Below the pieces are notes generated by a model that saw nothing but the letters and a program-made list of their open reading frames with translations, made no database searches and was not told the DNA's origin. Shown here piece by piece: positions 7,843-16,620 of a stretch of DNA of 20,002 nt. Every line of letters starts with the position of its first letter. The first letter of the stretch is position 1. Position numbers and translations under genes: made by a program. Origin of the DNA: a bacterium (GTDB lineage: Bacteria; Desulfobacterota; DSWW01); assembly GCA_040756235.1 (NCBI GenBank), contig JBFLZG010000073.1, forward strand, positions 1 to 20,002, in the 5' to 3' direction.

Positions 7843-10800
7843 TCAGGGCGCGAGACCGAGGATGACCCGCTTTTCGCCGGTGGCGGGAAGGAGCGGCTGA
7901 GCGGCCAGTTTGCCCTTGGGCAGACTGCGCACCTGGATCTGGACGTTGACCGCTGCGGAGGGCGGAAAAGGAATGGTGTGGCCGTGGAGGAGCACGGTGC
8001 CGATTCCTGCGTCAAGGGACCGGGACGGCTCCTCGCGGCCCGGCTGCAACGGCCTGCGGTCCACGAACAGAGGACTGCCGCCTGCGTCGAGGTATACGTA
8101 GCTGACCTCGTAGTCGGCCGCATCGAGGTCGTCGAGAATGGTCCAGTAATAACGGGCTTCGAAACCTCCGGCCGCCGCAGTTCCGTCAGGCACGGAGCCA
8201 TCCGTCACCGCCGGAGAGAGGTCGCCCGGCCCCTGCTGCGCTCCGCCGCCTGCCAGCACCGTGGTCCCGAGCAGCTCGACCTTGCCGGAGAAATCGATCT
8301 CCCAGGGCGCATCCGGAGTCAACGCCCGGAGACGCTCTTCCGGGGACGCGGCGCCTTGCAGGACCTGTGCGAATGCAAGGGGCGCCGGCGGCGGTGACGA
8401 TGGCGGCGCCGACGGGTCGGCGGCGGAAGCCGCAGGCTGCGCGGAAGCCGCCGTCTCAGATCCGGGCCCCTGCGCAACCCCTTGCTCCGCCGGAGGCGCA
8501 CCCGGTTCCACGGCCGGCTCGGGAGGCGGCTCCCGAACGCCCATCGCCGCCAGCCGCGCCAGGGCCGGACGATGAGCAGGCGCGAGCGTCAGGGCATGGA
8601 AATACTGCCGTGCGGCCTCCTCGGTCCTGCCCAGGGCTTCCAGGCACTCGCCCAGCTCGTAATGGATCAGGTGCCTCTGGTGCCAGAAGGAGAAAGTGGG
8701 CACCTTGACGAGCAGCATGGCCTCCAGGAGCTGGGAAGCCCTGCCGGGGTCGCCGCAGGTCCGGCTTGCCAGCGCATCCACGAACTGGCGCTTCAGGTGC
8801 TCCGGCGGCGTGCCGGGTTCGAGCGCCTCCAGTATGCGGCGGACGCGATCGCACTGTTCGGCGGTCGCCGCAGGGTTCTGCAGAAGAACGCGCATGAGCC
8901 CGTCGAGCGCGCCGGCCTTGAGCTCGCCGCTCCTGTCCAGACCGGGCCGGGAGACGATTTCCGCGTGCTCGAGCAGAGCGTCCAGGTAGTTCCAGTCCAT
9001 GCGGAGGCAATCCTGGCAGCCCTTCAGAGCCTCGGTGGTCCTTCCGAGACGCGCCAGCCGGCCGGCGTCCTGGACAAGGGCCAGGCAGCGCACGCCCAGC
9101 AGTCGTCCGTAGCGGGCGTCCTCCGAGGCGGCAAGATCGGGCGAGCCGAGTCTTCTCAGGAGCTGGAGCCGCGCCAGGCTATACTGTTGAGCGACCATGA
9201 AGTTGTCCGGGACGGCTGCCAGATCGGGCGGCACTTCGTCGCTGGCCGGGTCCAAACCGACGAGACGGAGAACCTGATCGGCCGTGTCGAGAGCCACGGG
9301 CCAGATGCGCCGGCCCTGGAGGTAGCGGAACAGCCTGGTCCTGGAAAAGATCGTTTCCGGAGTGAGATCGATGAGCGTGCGGGGGTCGGCCTTGGCCTCG
9401 TCCAGGAGCAATGTGTAGGCGGGGACCGCGTAGCGCCGGGGCTCTCCTTCGATCGCTTTCTTGAGCCCGGCCATGGCCTGCTGCTGCCCGAACGAACCGT
9501 CTTCGCCGCTTTTTTCGGCTGGCGGGAAGTGAAGATCGCGCATGATGGAGTACCAGCCGGCGTGGTACAGAGTGGAGGGTCTCTCAGGCGCCAGGGACAG
9601 GGCATCCCGGACGAGCTTGTCCAGCCGGGGCCTCGCGTGATCCAGGTCGGGTCCGGAAACGAGCAGACTGGCGTACGCGACTGCCGCATCCATGTGGTAC
9701 CAGGGCACCGTGGGCGCCATCCGGATGGCCTCTTGGAAGTGCTCGTGCGCCTGGCTGAGATCGTGCAGGATCGACTCCTGAAGGCGCCGCTTTGCCGGAA
9801 GCAGAAAGGCGGAGACCAGAGTCTGGAACTCGGCCGAGCTCTCATCGATCCGGATCTCCTGCCGGGTTACGTCGCGGGTCATCTGCTGCGCCAGGTTCTG
9901 GACCGGGTTCTGAGCGTCGAAGGCGTAGTCTTTCAGCAGGACGCCGGCCGCGATCTCACGGGCCAGCGCCTGGATCTCTTCCTCGATGTGCCGTACCCGA
10001 CAGAGGGCCTGGTGGAAGGCAACCTCGGGAGAAGCCGGCATCAGAAGGCTCGCCCGGTCGAGCTGCTCCTTGGCCGCATCGGCGGTCGCCGGGACGCGCG
10101 GCCTCCAGAAATAGTAGTGGTCAGGCTCGCCCTGGGCCCAGCTCTGGTACCGGCTGAACGCCACGTTGGCCGCCACGGTCCTCGCCGGCTGACCGGCCAC
10201 GGCCAGGAAACCCGCGGCCCCGAGCCCGATGAGGAGCGCCCGTTGCGGCCACGCCGGCACGGGGATCGTGCGGTACAGGAAGCTCTCGGCCGAGTCCTTG
10301 CGGAGCCCTTTCATGTGGGCCGCCGCGTGGCAGACGGACAGCAGGACCACGAAGATCACCCCGTTGGCCGCAACCATGTAGAGGTTGAAGTCGAAGAGGC
10401 TGTGCACCAGCATGGCCGCGACGCCGGCGAAGGAGCCCGCGAAAACGAAGCGGCAGTAGTTGTCCTTCCGTGTGCGGATCCGTTTGAGGAGCCTGAGGAG
10501 AAGGATCGCCAGCGCGGCGTACAGGATCAGGGCGCCCGCCAGTCCGGTCTCGGAGACGACCTGGAGCCAGTCGTTGTGCAGATAGAGAGCGAGCTTGTCG
10601 CCGTAACGGGCGGGCTGATAGGCCGGGAACACGTCGCCGAAAGTGCCGCCGCCCGCGCCCAGAAGCGGAAAATCCCGGATCATCTCGAGGCCGGCCTGCC
10701 GCAGCTCGGCCCTGCCGGACCAGGAGGACGACTCCTCCGTGAGCTGCTCGAAGCGGTCGATGACGCTGCCCAGCCCCTGGTAAAAGAGGATCCCCAGGGA

Positions 10801-11895
10801 GAGGAGCAGCACTGCGGCCAGGGCGACCGCCAGCCGCTGGGGTTTGGGGCCCTCAGGCTCGTGGCCGCTGCCGCCGCGCCGGACGGCAAAGGTGAACAGG
10901 ATGGCCGAGCCGATGAGCAGGCCCAGAATGCCGCCCCGCGACAGCGACAGGGCGCCGCAGACGAACATGGTGGCCACCAGGAGCCCGAGGAGGAGGTCGC
11001 GATAGACCCTGGCCTTGGAAAGGCTCTCGGATACGCGTCTGATGAACGGCAGGTTGGAGGATCGCCAGAAAGATTTCCGTTTTCTCGCCAGGAAGGTCAT
11101 GAGGAAGCCGAAGGCGGCCGGGGTCAGCATTTCCATCAGACCGGCGAAATGGTTCCGGTTGTAATAGGTCCCGTGCAGGCTGATCTGGTCGGGCGGCTTC
11201 ACCCAGAAGATGTGCGGGTTCCCGGAGAAGCGCTCTCCCAGGCCGTACAGGCTCTCGAACAGACCGAGGCCGACCAGGCTCCACAGGAGCACGTTGACCT
11301 GCCGGCGCCGCCGGACCTGGTGGACGAGGACGAACAGGAGAATGAAGAGGGTGGCGACGCGGTAGATCTCGAGAGTCGTCGCATGGGGGTTGAGGGAGAG
11401 GGGCATGGAGCCCGAGGTTTCCGGATACCCGGGAATGAGCCGGCCGTAAAGCTCGGCAGCTTTCGGCGACAGCCAGGCGAGCACTCCTTCGGGCAGCGGC
11501 AGGAGCTGAAAGCCGAGCAGGATCAGGTAGGCGAGCAACAGGGCCCAGACCCCGCCCGCGCGCACGAGCTCGATGCGGCCCGCGAGCGCCGACTTCACGA
11601 TCCACAGGAGCAGGAGGAAGCTGGCGCAGAGGAACAGGGCGGAACGGGCCCACGGTGCGACGGAGCCGAGCGGAAGAGGCGCGAGCAGGATCAGGGCGAC
11701 TGCGGCGCCCTCGATGAACAGGTCGATCGCGCGTTGCACGGCCTCCGGCGTGACGTGGCCCAAGGTGCGACGGATCTTTCGGAGAGGGTCCTTCCGGGCT
11801 TTCTTCTTCCTGACACGGACTTCTCTCCGGATGCGGACCCTGTCTGAATCCGCTCCTTGCGCCGGTTCGGCTGTTTGCCCCGTGCGGTCATGCAT
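7843..11895 (-). CDS. O-antigen ligase / Wzy_C-family membrane protein with long TPR-like region and C-terminal soluble domain
   Basis: Multiple hydrophobic helices in the first ~570 aa with GTYYNRNHFAG, SLSRGG, PLLGAGGGTF, LHNDWLQ..SETG..G and HSLFDFNL. TPR-like helices follow (HFQEAIRMAPTVPWYH; IHYELGECLEALGRTEEAARQYFHALTLAPAH), then a Pro/Ala linker. Confidence 0.85.
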   Translation of the reverse strand: MHDRTGQTAEPAQGADSDRVRIRREVRVRKKKARKDPLRKIRRTLGHVTPEAVQRAIDLFIEGAAVALILLAPLPLGSVAPWARSALFLCASFLLLLWIVKSALAGRIELVRAGGVWALLLAYLILLGFQLLPLPEGVLAWLSPKAAELYGRLIPGYPETSGSMPLSLNPHATTLEIYRVATLFILLFVLVHQVRRRRQVNVLLWSLVGLGLFESLYGLGERFSGNPHIFWVKPPDQISLHGTYYNRNHFAGLMEMLTPAAFGFLMTFLARKRKSFWRSSNLPFIRRVSESLSKARVYRDLLLGLLVATMFVCGALSLSRGGILGLLIGSAILFTFAVRRGGSGHEPEGPKPQRLAVALAAVLLLSLGILFYQGLGSVIDRFEQLTEESSSWSGRAELRQAGLEMIRDFPLLGAGGGTFGDVFPAYQPARYGDKLALYLHNDWLQVVSETGLAGALILYAALAILLLRLLKRIRTRKDNYCRFVFAGSFAGVAAMLVHSLFDFNLYMVAANGVIFVVLLSVCHAAAHMKGLRKDSAESFLYRTIPVPAWPQRALLIGLGAAGFLAVAGQPARTVAANVAFSRYQSWAQGEPDHYYFWRPRVPATADAAKEQLDRASLLMPASPEVAFHQALCRVRHIEEEIQALAREIAAGVLLKDYAFDAQNPVQNLAQQMTRDVTRQEIRIDESSAEFQTLVSAFLLPAKRRLQESILHDLSQAHEHFQEAIRMAPTVPWYHMDAAVAYASLLVSGPDLDHARPRLDKLVRDALSLAPERPSTLYHAGWYSIMRDLHFPPAEKSGEDGSFGQQQAMAGLKKAIEGEPRRYAVPAYTLLLDEAKADPRTLIDLTPETIFSRTRLFRYLQGRRIWPVALDTADQVLRLVGLDPASDEVPPDLAAVPDNFMVAQQYSLARLQLLRRLGSPDLAASEDARYGRLLGVRCLALVQDAGRLARLGRTTEALKGCQDCLRMDWNYLDALLEHAEIVSRPGLDRSGELKAGALDGLMRVLLQNPAATAEQCDRVRRILEALEPGTPPEHLKRQFVDALASRTCGDPGRASQLLEAMLLVKVPTFSFWHQRHLIHYELGECLEALGRTEEAARQYFHALTLAPAHRPALARLAAMGVREPPPEPAVEPGAPPAEQGVAQGPGSETAASAQPAASAADPSAPPSSPPPAPLAFAQVLQGAASPEERLRALTPDAPWEIDFSGKVELLGTTVLAGGGAQQGPGDLSPAVTDGSVPDGTAAAGGFEARYYWTILDDLDAADYEVSYVYLDAGGSPLFVDRRPLQPGREEPSRSLDAGIGTVLLHGHTIPFPPSAAVNVQIQVRSLPKGKLAAQPLLPATGEKRVILGLAP

Positions 11896-11961
11896 GGCGG
11901 AGCCTGACTCCGTACGCGCTTTGAGAAACCTGCAGGCGGCAAAGGAGCAAGAAGAGAAGGT

Positions 11962-11990
11962 AACGTATAAGGGAGTCTGTCTATTGTCAA
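11962..11990 (-). promoter_or_regulatory. Putative sigma70 promoter for the O-antigen-ligase-like gene
   Basis: Minus strand TTGACA-17 nt-TACGTT in a locally AT-rich stretch, about 65 bp upstream of ATG 11895. Confidence 0.6.
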
Positions 11991-12095
11991 TCCCGAATTG
12001 AAGAAATTCGCAGCGGCCGGCTTGCAGCAGATGTGAGAAGGGGTTCCACCAGCGACGGGGCTACCGCGGCAGCAGGTGTTGAAGATTGCCGGGCC

Positions 12096-12165
12096 GCCAC
12101 GCTCGCGGTCTGCAGCCGTGACTGGTGGACACGCCTTCGGCTTTGTCCATCCTACCGAGTGCTCA
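12096..12165 (-). repeat. Family A element (REP core 12124-12155), diverged copy
   Basis: CGCCACGCTCGCGGTCTGCAGCCGTGACT-GGTGGACACGCCTTCGGCTTTGTCCATCCTAC-CGAGTGCTCA; two substitutions in the core relative to 4734-4765. Confidence 0.8.
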
Positions 12166-12220
12166 CGCCGCGCGCTCACCGCCTGGTCGTATTGGATGGG
12201 TGTGCCGGAATCAGGGTCCC

Positions 12221-12685
12221 TCAGATGCGGCGGAGCTGGTACATGCCCTTGGATTCGCACACGACCGCACCGTTCAGGTCCTTGATCTGGCCGTTCAGGA
12301 CGAAGTCGCTCTTGCCCTGAGCCTCCAACTCGCGGTTGATCCGATCGACTTCTTCCTGGCCGATCTCCACGGTGATGGTCACGTCCGTCGTGGCAGGCTT
12401 CTTGAAGCGGATGTCCATCCCTTTGACGATGGGCACCGCCTTGGTGATGTCGAACGTGGAAAGGAAAAGAGCGCCGCCCGGGATCTCGGCGATCGTGAAC
12501 AGGATGCCGGCGTACATGATGCCGATGTGGTTTTCGTTGCCTGCCAGGGGCATCCGAAGGGTGACGCGGCGTGGGGCCAGCTCCACGACCTGCAGCCCCA
12601 TCCTCTTCACGCAAGGAATCCCATCCCGCACCAGGTTCGGGAAAAGCGAGGAATCGATCTGCCCCATCCTCGTCACTTCGCTCAT
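12221..12685 (-). CDS. Hotdog-fold thioesterase-like protein (PaaI/YiiD C-terminal/DUF4442-like)
   Basis: IP..KRMGLQVVEL....VTLRMPLAGNENHIGIMYAGILFTIAEIPGG...IVKGMDIRFKKPA; GGGGAG SD. Confidence 0.82.
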   Translation of the reverse strand: MSEVTRMGQIDSSLFPNLVRDGIPCVKRMGLQVVELAPRRVTLRMPLAGNENHIGIMYAGILFTIAEIPGGALFLSTFDITKAVPIVKGMDIRFKKPATTDVTITVEIGQEEVDRINRELEAQGKSDFVLNGQIKDLNGAVVCESKGMYQLRRI

Positions 12686-12725
12686 GACGGCTCCCCCTCT
12701 CTCACTACGTGTTTGAGAAAGCCTC

Positions 12726-13091
12726 TCACCACTTGGGATTGTCCACCTGGATCTTGTAGCGGGTCTCTCCGGCCAGATAGGCGAGCAGCCGCTCCCGGGC
12801 AGGCCCGGCCGCGTCGAAAGCGCCGTCGCGGATCTTCCTGCAGAGAAGGGCTTCCTTTTCGGCGAGGGAGGCGTCCGGCGGAGCTTCGGGCGCCACGAGC
12901 CTGTCCAACTCCTCGGGCTCGAAAAAAGAGCGCGGATCGAGGGACAGCTCTCTCAGGACGATCTCGAGGAGACTGGCCGCAATGAGGACCTGGAAACGGG
13001 GGCGGCCGGTGAGCTTCGGCGCCACCTCGTCCTTGAGATAGTCCGTCACCGCTTTTACGATCTCTTCCTTGGACGGCCGGTTCATGGTCAT
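12726..13091 (-). CDS. Small helical protein, DUF6285/LvaB-like partner of the adjacent phosphotransferase
   Basis: RPSKEEIVKAV.DYL.DEV.PKL.GR..FQV.IAA..L.IV.RE...LC.KIRDG...KIQVDNPKW; immediately downstream of the APH-family gene; GAGGTG SD. Confidence 0.7.
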   Translation of the reverse strand: MTMNRPSKEEIVKAVTDYLKDEVAPKLTGRPRFQVLIAASLLEIVLRELSLDPRSFFEPEELDRLVAPEAPPDASLAEKEALLCRKIRDGAFDAAGPARERLLAYLAGETRYKIQVDNPKW

Positions 13092-13098
13092 GGCGGGC

Positions 13099-14091
13099 TC
13101 ACCTCGCATCTCGCAGCAGGCCGACGAGCTCCACCTCGCACTCCGATGTCCGCCTTCCGAGCTTGGCGTACTCGAGATCGCCCTTGGGCTGTTCGAGGAA
13201 GAAGCGGGATTGGGCTACCGTGACCGCGGCCCAGAAGCAGTTGGACAGCACCTCCCAATACCGGATCCGTTCGCGGTCGATCGGGAACCCCTCTCCGTCC
13301 TCGTAGCCGCGCAGGAAATCTTCCTCTTTCCCGAACCCGCCCACGCGGTTCTCGGGCTTGTCGAAGCGCCAGGACTTGGTGCAGATCACCCCGATGTCGT
13401 ACATGGGATCGCCGATCTGGGCGAGCTCCCAATCGAGGATCGCCTTCACTCCGGTTTCATCGAACAGGATGTTCCCCATGCGGAAATCGGCGTGGATGAA
13501 ACAGGCCGGGGGGCCTTGAGGAACGTGCGTCTTGAGCCAGTGAAAAGCGTACTCGAGGGCCGGAGACTCGTTGAGCTTCGTGCCGCGCCAGACGTTCTCG
13601 TTGTGCTCGATCAGCTCGAGGGGGGAAGGCCGTTTGAGGAACGCGAGCTCGTCAGTGAGCGGGATGCGGTGGATGCGGGCGAGGATGCGCCCCAGATCGC
13701 GGGCCCATCGATCCCTGGTCTGCGCGTACTTGTCGTCGTTCAGGAGCCGCTTGGGGTAGGTGTCGCCGAAGACCCGCTCCATGATGAAGAAGGGGGTGTC
13801 CAGGGCATCGTCGCTCTGGTACAGGGGCCGCGGCACGGGAATGCCGTTTTCGTAGGCCTTCCTGATGACCGCGAATTCCTCGGACCGTCTGGAATAACCC
13901 AGGCCGACCTTGGGGTCCTTCCGGAGCACCATGGGCCGCTCGGTCGTCCGTCCCTGTTTCCCGATGAGGGCTCTGAACAGCCACGTCTGCCGCGAGGCGC
14001 CCGTGGTCACCCGCTCGAGCTCGCGGATCTCCACGCTGTCGGCCTTTTCCCACTCCCGGATGAGCTGGCTGAGCTTTTCGGCGAGGTCCAT
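13099..14091 (-). CDS. APH-family phosphotransferase (ACAD10/11 N-terminal-like, LvaA-like)
   Basis: GASRQTW, VLR, EF.VI....ENGIPVPRP, PFFIMERV.G, IHADFRMGNI (Brenner motif), ILDWELAQIGDPMYDIG; GAGGAG SD. Confidence 0.88.
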   Translation of the reverse strand: MDLAEKLSQLIREWEKADSVEIRELERVTTGASRQTWLFRALIGKQGRTTERPMVLRKDPKVGLGYSRRSEEFAVIRKAYENGIPVPRPLYQSDDALDTPFFIMERVFGDTYPKRLLNDDKYAQTRDRWARDLGRILARIHRIPLTDELAFLKRPSPLELIEHNENVWRGTKLNESPALEYAFHWLKTHVPQGPPACFIHADFRMGNILFDETGVKAILDWELAQIGDPMYDIGVICTKSWRFDKPENRVGGFGKEEDFLRGYEDGEGFPIDRERIRYWEVLSNCFWAAVTVAQSRFFLEQPKGDLEYAKLGRRTSECEVELVGLLRDAR

Positions 14092-14107
14092 AGCTGCTCC
14101 TCGTCAA

Positions 14108-14457
14108 CCGTCATTCCGGCGCAGGCCGGAATCCAGTCCCTGTCACCGGGCAACTACCGCTGTGCACGATGCACCCTACTGGATCCCGGCTCGCACGCGC
14201 TCCGCACATGGGCCGGGATTCTTTCCGTCGTTCCGGCGCAGGCCGGAATCCAGTCCCTGTCACCCGGCAACTACCGCTGTGCATGATGCACCCTTCTGGA
14301 TCCCGGCTCGCACGCGTTCCGCGCATGGGCCGGGATTCTTTCCGTCATTCCGGCGCAGGCCGGAATCCAGTCCCTGTCACCGGGCAACTACCGCTGTGCA
14401 TGATGCACCCTTCTGGATCCCGGCTCGCACGCGCTCCGCACATGGGCCGGGATGACG
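14108..14457. repeat. Tandem array of three ~117-bp family E palindromic units
   Basis: Units start at 14108, 14225 and 14342 and are nearly identical. Each has GTCATTCCGGCGCAGGCCGGAATCCAG ... CTGGATCCCGGC...GCCGGGAT; array ends form the inverted repeat CGTCATTCCGGC / GCCGGGATGACG. Confidence 0.95.
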
Positions 14458-14464
14458 TGCTACT

Positions 14465-15436
14465 TCATTCCTGGTCGAGGTACTCCGAGATGCCGTAGCC
14501 GACCTTCCCGTCCAGCTCGTACCGGGTGAAGCCTTCACAGATCCTCGTGGTCTGATCCTTCCTGCGGTTCCGCAGCGGAACAAGGGAGAGGACGCGGCCG
14601 TTCAGCGAGAGCTTCTCCCCCTTCTCGGTCGTGAACCTGGCCCGGATCTCCTTCTGGTACGGGCCGCTTTCCGCGTAGCTCGTTTCGATCTCGACCTCGT
14701 GAATGAGCGTGTTCCGGCCGCTGCGGTGCAGGAAGCCGCTCATGGCGGTCTTGCCGGAAGGGCTCGCAAAGACGGTGAGCATGAGGCCGTGGCCGCGGTC
14801 GAACTGGACGGTGAGCCACCGGTAGTACTTGGGCGCCTGCCAGTAGCGGGGCCCCCAGGAATGATCGCGCAGGCCGAGACCGTCGATCTCGAACCGTCTG
14901 CCGTCGGCGGTCAGGAATCCTTTGCTGTTGATGTGCTGCTCGTAGTGGGCCTTTGCAAAGGAGACCTCCTCGCTCCCGAGGCTGTCCTGGTCGCTCACGC
15001 CGCCGTACACCTCGCTCAGGCCTTCCACCGCCAGCTCCAGCTCGACCGTCACGGCCCGGGCCTGGCTCAGGGCCTCCTTCGGGTTGGCGAGGGCCAGGGG
15101 CTCCAGCAGATGGAAGGCAGGTCCCTGATAGCGGACCGCGAGCTCCCGGAAGGGACGGATCACCTCGAAGTGCATGTTCGCGGCGTCGAAGGCCAGATTG
15201 TTCTTGATCTGGGGTCTCTGGAAGTTGAACAGGACTCCTCCGTCGGCCAGGTAATAGAGCAGGGTCACCTCGGCCTTGCCTTCATTGGGCCGGTTGCCGA
15301 TGCGCACGAATCCGCCGGAGGGCTGCGCGCGGTCGTGATTGAAGAAGTTGAAATACATGCTCTCGTTGAAGTGGGATTCGCCGGTGGGCGGGTGGGTGTA
15401 CTCGTCCTGTTCTTGCGCCGGGCGGTAGGTGTTCAT
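14465..15436 (-). CDS. Conserved hypothetical protein with a probable AttH/tocopherol-cyclase-like beta-sheet fold
   Basis: 323-aa ORF with AGGAGG SD and DEYTHP, FNESMYFNF, RIGNRPNEG.AE, HYEQH, GLRDHSWGPRYW and GYGISEYLDQ motifs. The fold assignment is recalled from the RDHSWG motif, not searched. Confidence 0.7.
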   Translation of the reverse strand: MNTYRPAQEQDEYTHPPTGESHFNESMYFNFFNHDRAQPSGGFVRIGNRPNEGKAEVTLLYYLADGGVLFNFQRPQIKNNLAFDAANMHFEVIRPFRELAVRYQGPAFHLLEPLALANPKEALSQARAVTVELELAVEGLSEVYGGVSDQDSLGSEEVSFAKAHYEQHINSKGFLTADGRRFEIDGLGLRDHSWGPRYWQAPKYYRWLTVQFDRGHGLMLTVFASPSGKTAMSGFLHRSGRNTLIHEVEIETSYAESGPYQKEIRARFTTEKGEKLSLNGRVLSLVPLRNRRKDQTTRICEGFTRYELDGKVGYGISEYLDQE

Positions 15437-15470
15437 GGTCTCCTCCTGGTGCAGGTGAGAGCCGGGGCAG

Positions 15471-15500
15471 AATCTACCATACGAGACAACTCCATCACAA
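15471..15500 (-). promoter_or_regulatory. Possible sigma70 promoter for the 15436-12221 gene run
   Basis: Minus strand TTGTGA-18 nt-TAGATT with TG at the extended -10 position. Confidence 0.4.
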
Positions 15501-15660
15501 CCGAAACGATTTTTCCTCAAGATTGTGGTCCCACAGTCCGAAATCACTGGCGTGCACGCCTGAGCCGGTGGCCTTCGGGAGCGCCGTGCCTTGGGTCGTT
15601 ACCGCGAGCGCCCGGCACGGGATCCGGGAGGCGGCCGCGGGGACTTCTGGAATTGCCGGG

Positions 15661-15789
15661 AGCAGGGACTGGACCCCGGCCTGGCGAGGCGGTGTCATAA
15701 CCGGCCCGTCATCCCCGCGCGAGCGGCAATCCCGCTGCACCCCGGGATCCCGGCTCGCGGCCGCGACGCGGCCTTGGCCGGGGATGACG
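15661..15789. repeat. Degenerate family E elements
   Basis: AGCAGGGACTGGACCCCGGCCTG (inverted left arm), then CGTCATCCCCGC (15707) ... GGATCCCGGCTCGC ... GGCCGGGATGACG (15789). Confidence 0.7.
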
Positions 15790-15907
15790 AACCATGACAC
15801 AGTCTCCTGCGACGGAATGAGGGAAATAGCTGGCTTGCCGGATGGTCGCCCGCTCCGCGGGCCTCCTCCGGAAGGAGGGAAAGAGTGATCTCTAGGGAGG
15901 TAGGAAA

Positions 15908-16453
15908 GTGATGAAAAGAATGTCTGGCTTTCCGGGACGTCGGGGCTTCACTCTGGTCGAGCTCGTGATGATCATCGTGATGCTCGGCATCCTGGCCGTG
16001 GTCGCGATTCCGCGCTTTCTCGACATGCAGCTCGAAGCAAAGGTGGGGACCCTGAAGGGGATGCTGGGGTCTTTTTACACGGCCCAGAGCAACCTCGTCA
16101 GCGTGATCGACGGCGAGATGATGTACGCTGCCAAGGGCCTGATCGATGCTTGCGGAGAGCCGGGAGACGATGGCCCGCCGTCTGATGAATGGCTCGTCTG
16201 CATCGCTACCTATGCCATGAACGGCCAGATTCCCCCGAACCCGTTCACCGGGAACAACTCCGTGGTCGTCAAGTGGGACGCGGAGCTGGCGCCCTGTGAG
16301 ACCGCGGATCCCACGGGAGGTTGGATCTGGAACCTGGGCAGCCAGGAAGAAGGCGAAGAAGGGCCGCCCAGCAACATGAAATGGTGGGCCAACTCCAGCA
16401 CGACCACCCTGGCGGAAGGCATGACCGAGGCTTGCGTGCAGCCCGGCCAATAA
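15908..16453 (+). CDS. Type IV pilin / pseudopilin-like protein, copy 1
   Basis: Class III signal peptide: basic leader, G|FTLVELVMIIVMLGILAVVAIPRF with Glu at +5; four Cys in the globular domain; IPPNPFTG and GGWIW motifs; GGAGG SD (start GTG 15908 or ATG 15911). Confidence 0.9.
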   Translation: MMKRMSGFPGRRGFTLVELVMIIVMLGILAVVAIPRFLDMQLEAKVGTLKGMLGSFYTAQSNLVSVIDGEMMYAAKGLIDACGEPGDDGPPSDEWLVCIATYAMNGQIPPNPFTGNNSVVVKWDAELAPCETADPTGGWIWNLGSQEEGEEGPPSNMKWWANSSTTTLAEGMTEACVQPGQ

Positions 16454-16537
16454 CGAGCCGTCGGAATGCGGCCGGATTCCGGGTCCCGAGGTCGCGTTCA
16501 TCGGTTCATCCCGGCCACTCATGTCCGCGGAGCACTG

Positions 16538-16563
16538 TAGGGCGACCGGCCGGTCGCCCCTAC
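16538..16563. repeat. GTAG-type REP palindrome (family B)
   Basis: GTAGGGCGACCGGCCGGTCGCCCCTAC, a near-perfect palindrome. Confidence 0.8.
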
Positions 16564-16620
16564 GAGCTGCGCCCGGCACACGGTGACGGAGAGAGCGATG
16601 TCTGGGGAGGCACGACAGGC

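Noticed and set aside
8482..11847. 1121-aa plus-strand ORF
   Set aside because: Antisense shadow of the O-antigen-ligase-like gene; no recognisable motifs, and long stop-free antisense frames are expected in GC-rich DNA.
14108..14457. CRISPR array
   Set aside because: Whole units are near-identical with no unique spacers, the period is 117 bp, and no cas genes are present.
13069..14498. ORFs with repeated peptides (e.g. VIPAQAGIQSLSPGNYRCA)
   Set aside because: Translations of the 117-bp DNA repeat and the antisense strand of the kinase gene.
15829..15846. Sigma54 promoter upstream of the pilins (CTGGCTTGCCGGATGGT)
   Set aside because: The -24 GG is present but the required -12 GC is missing.
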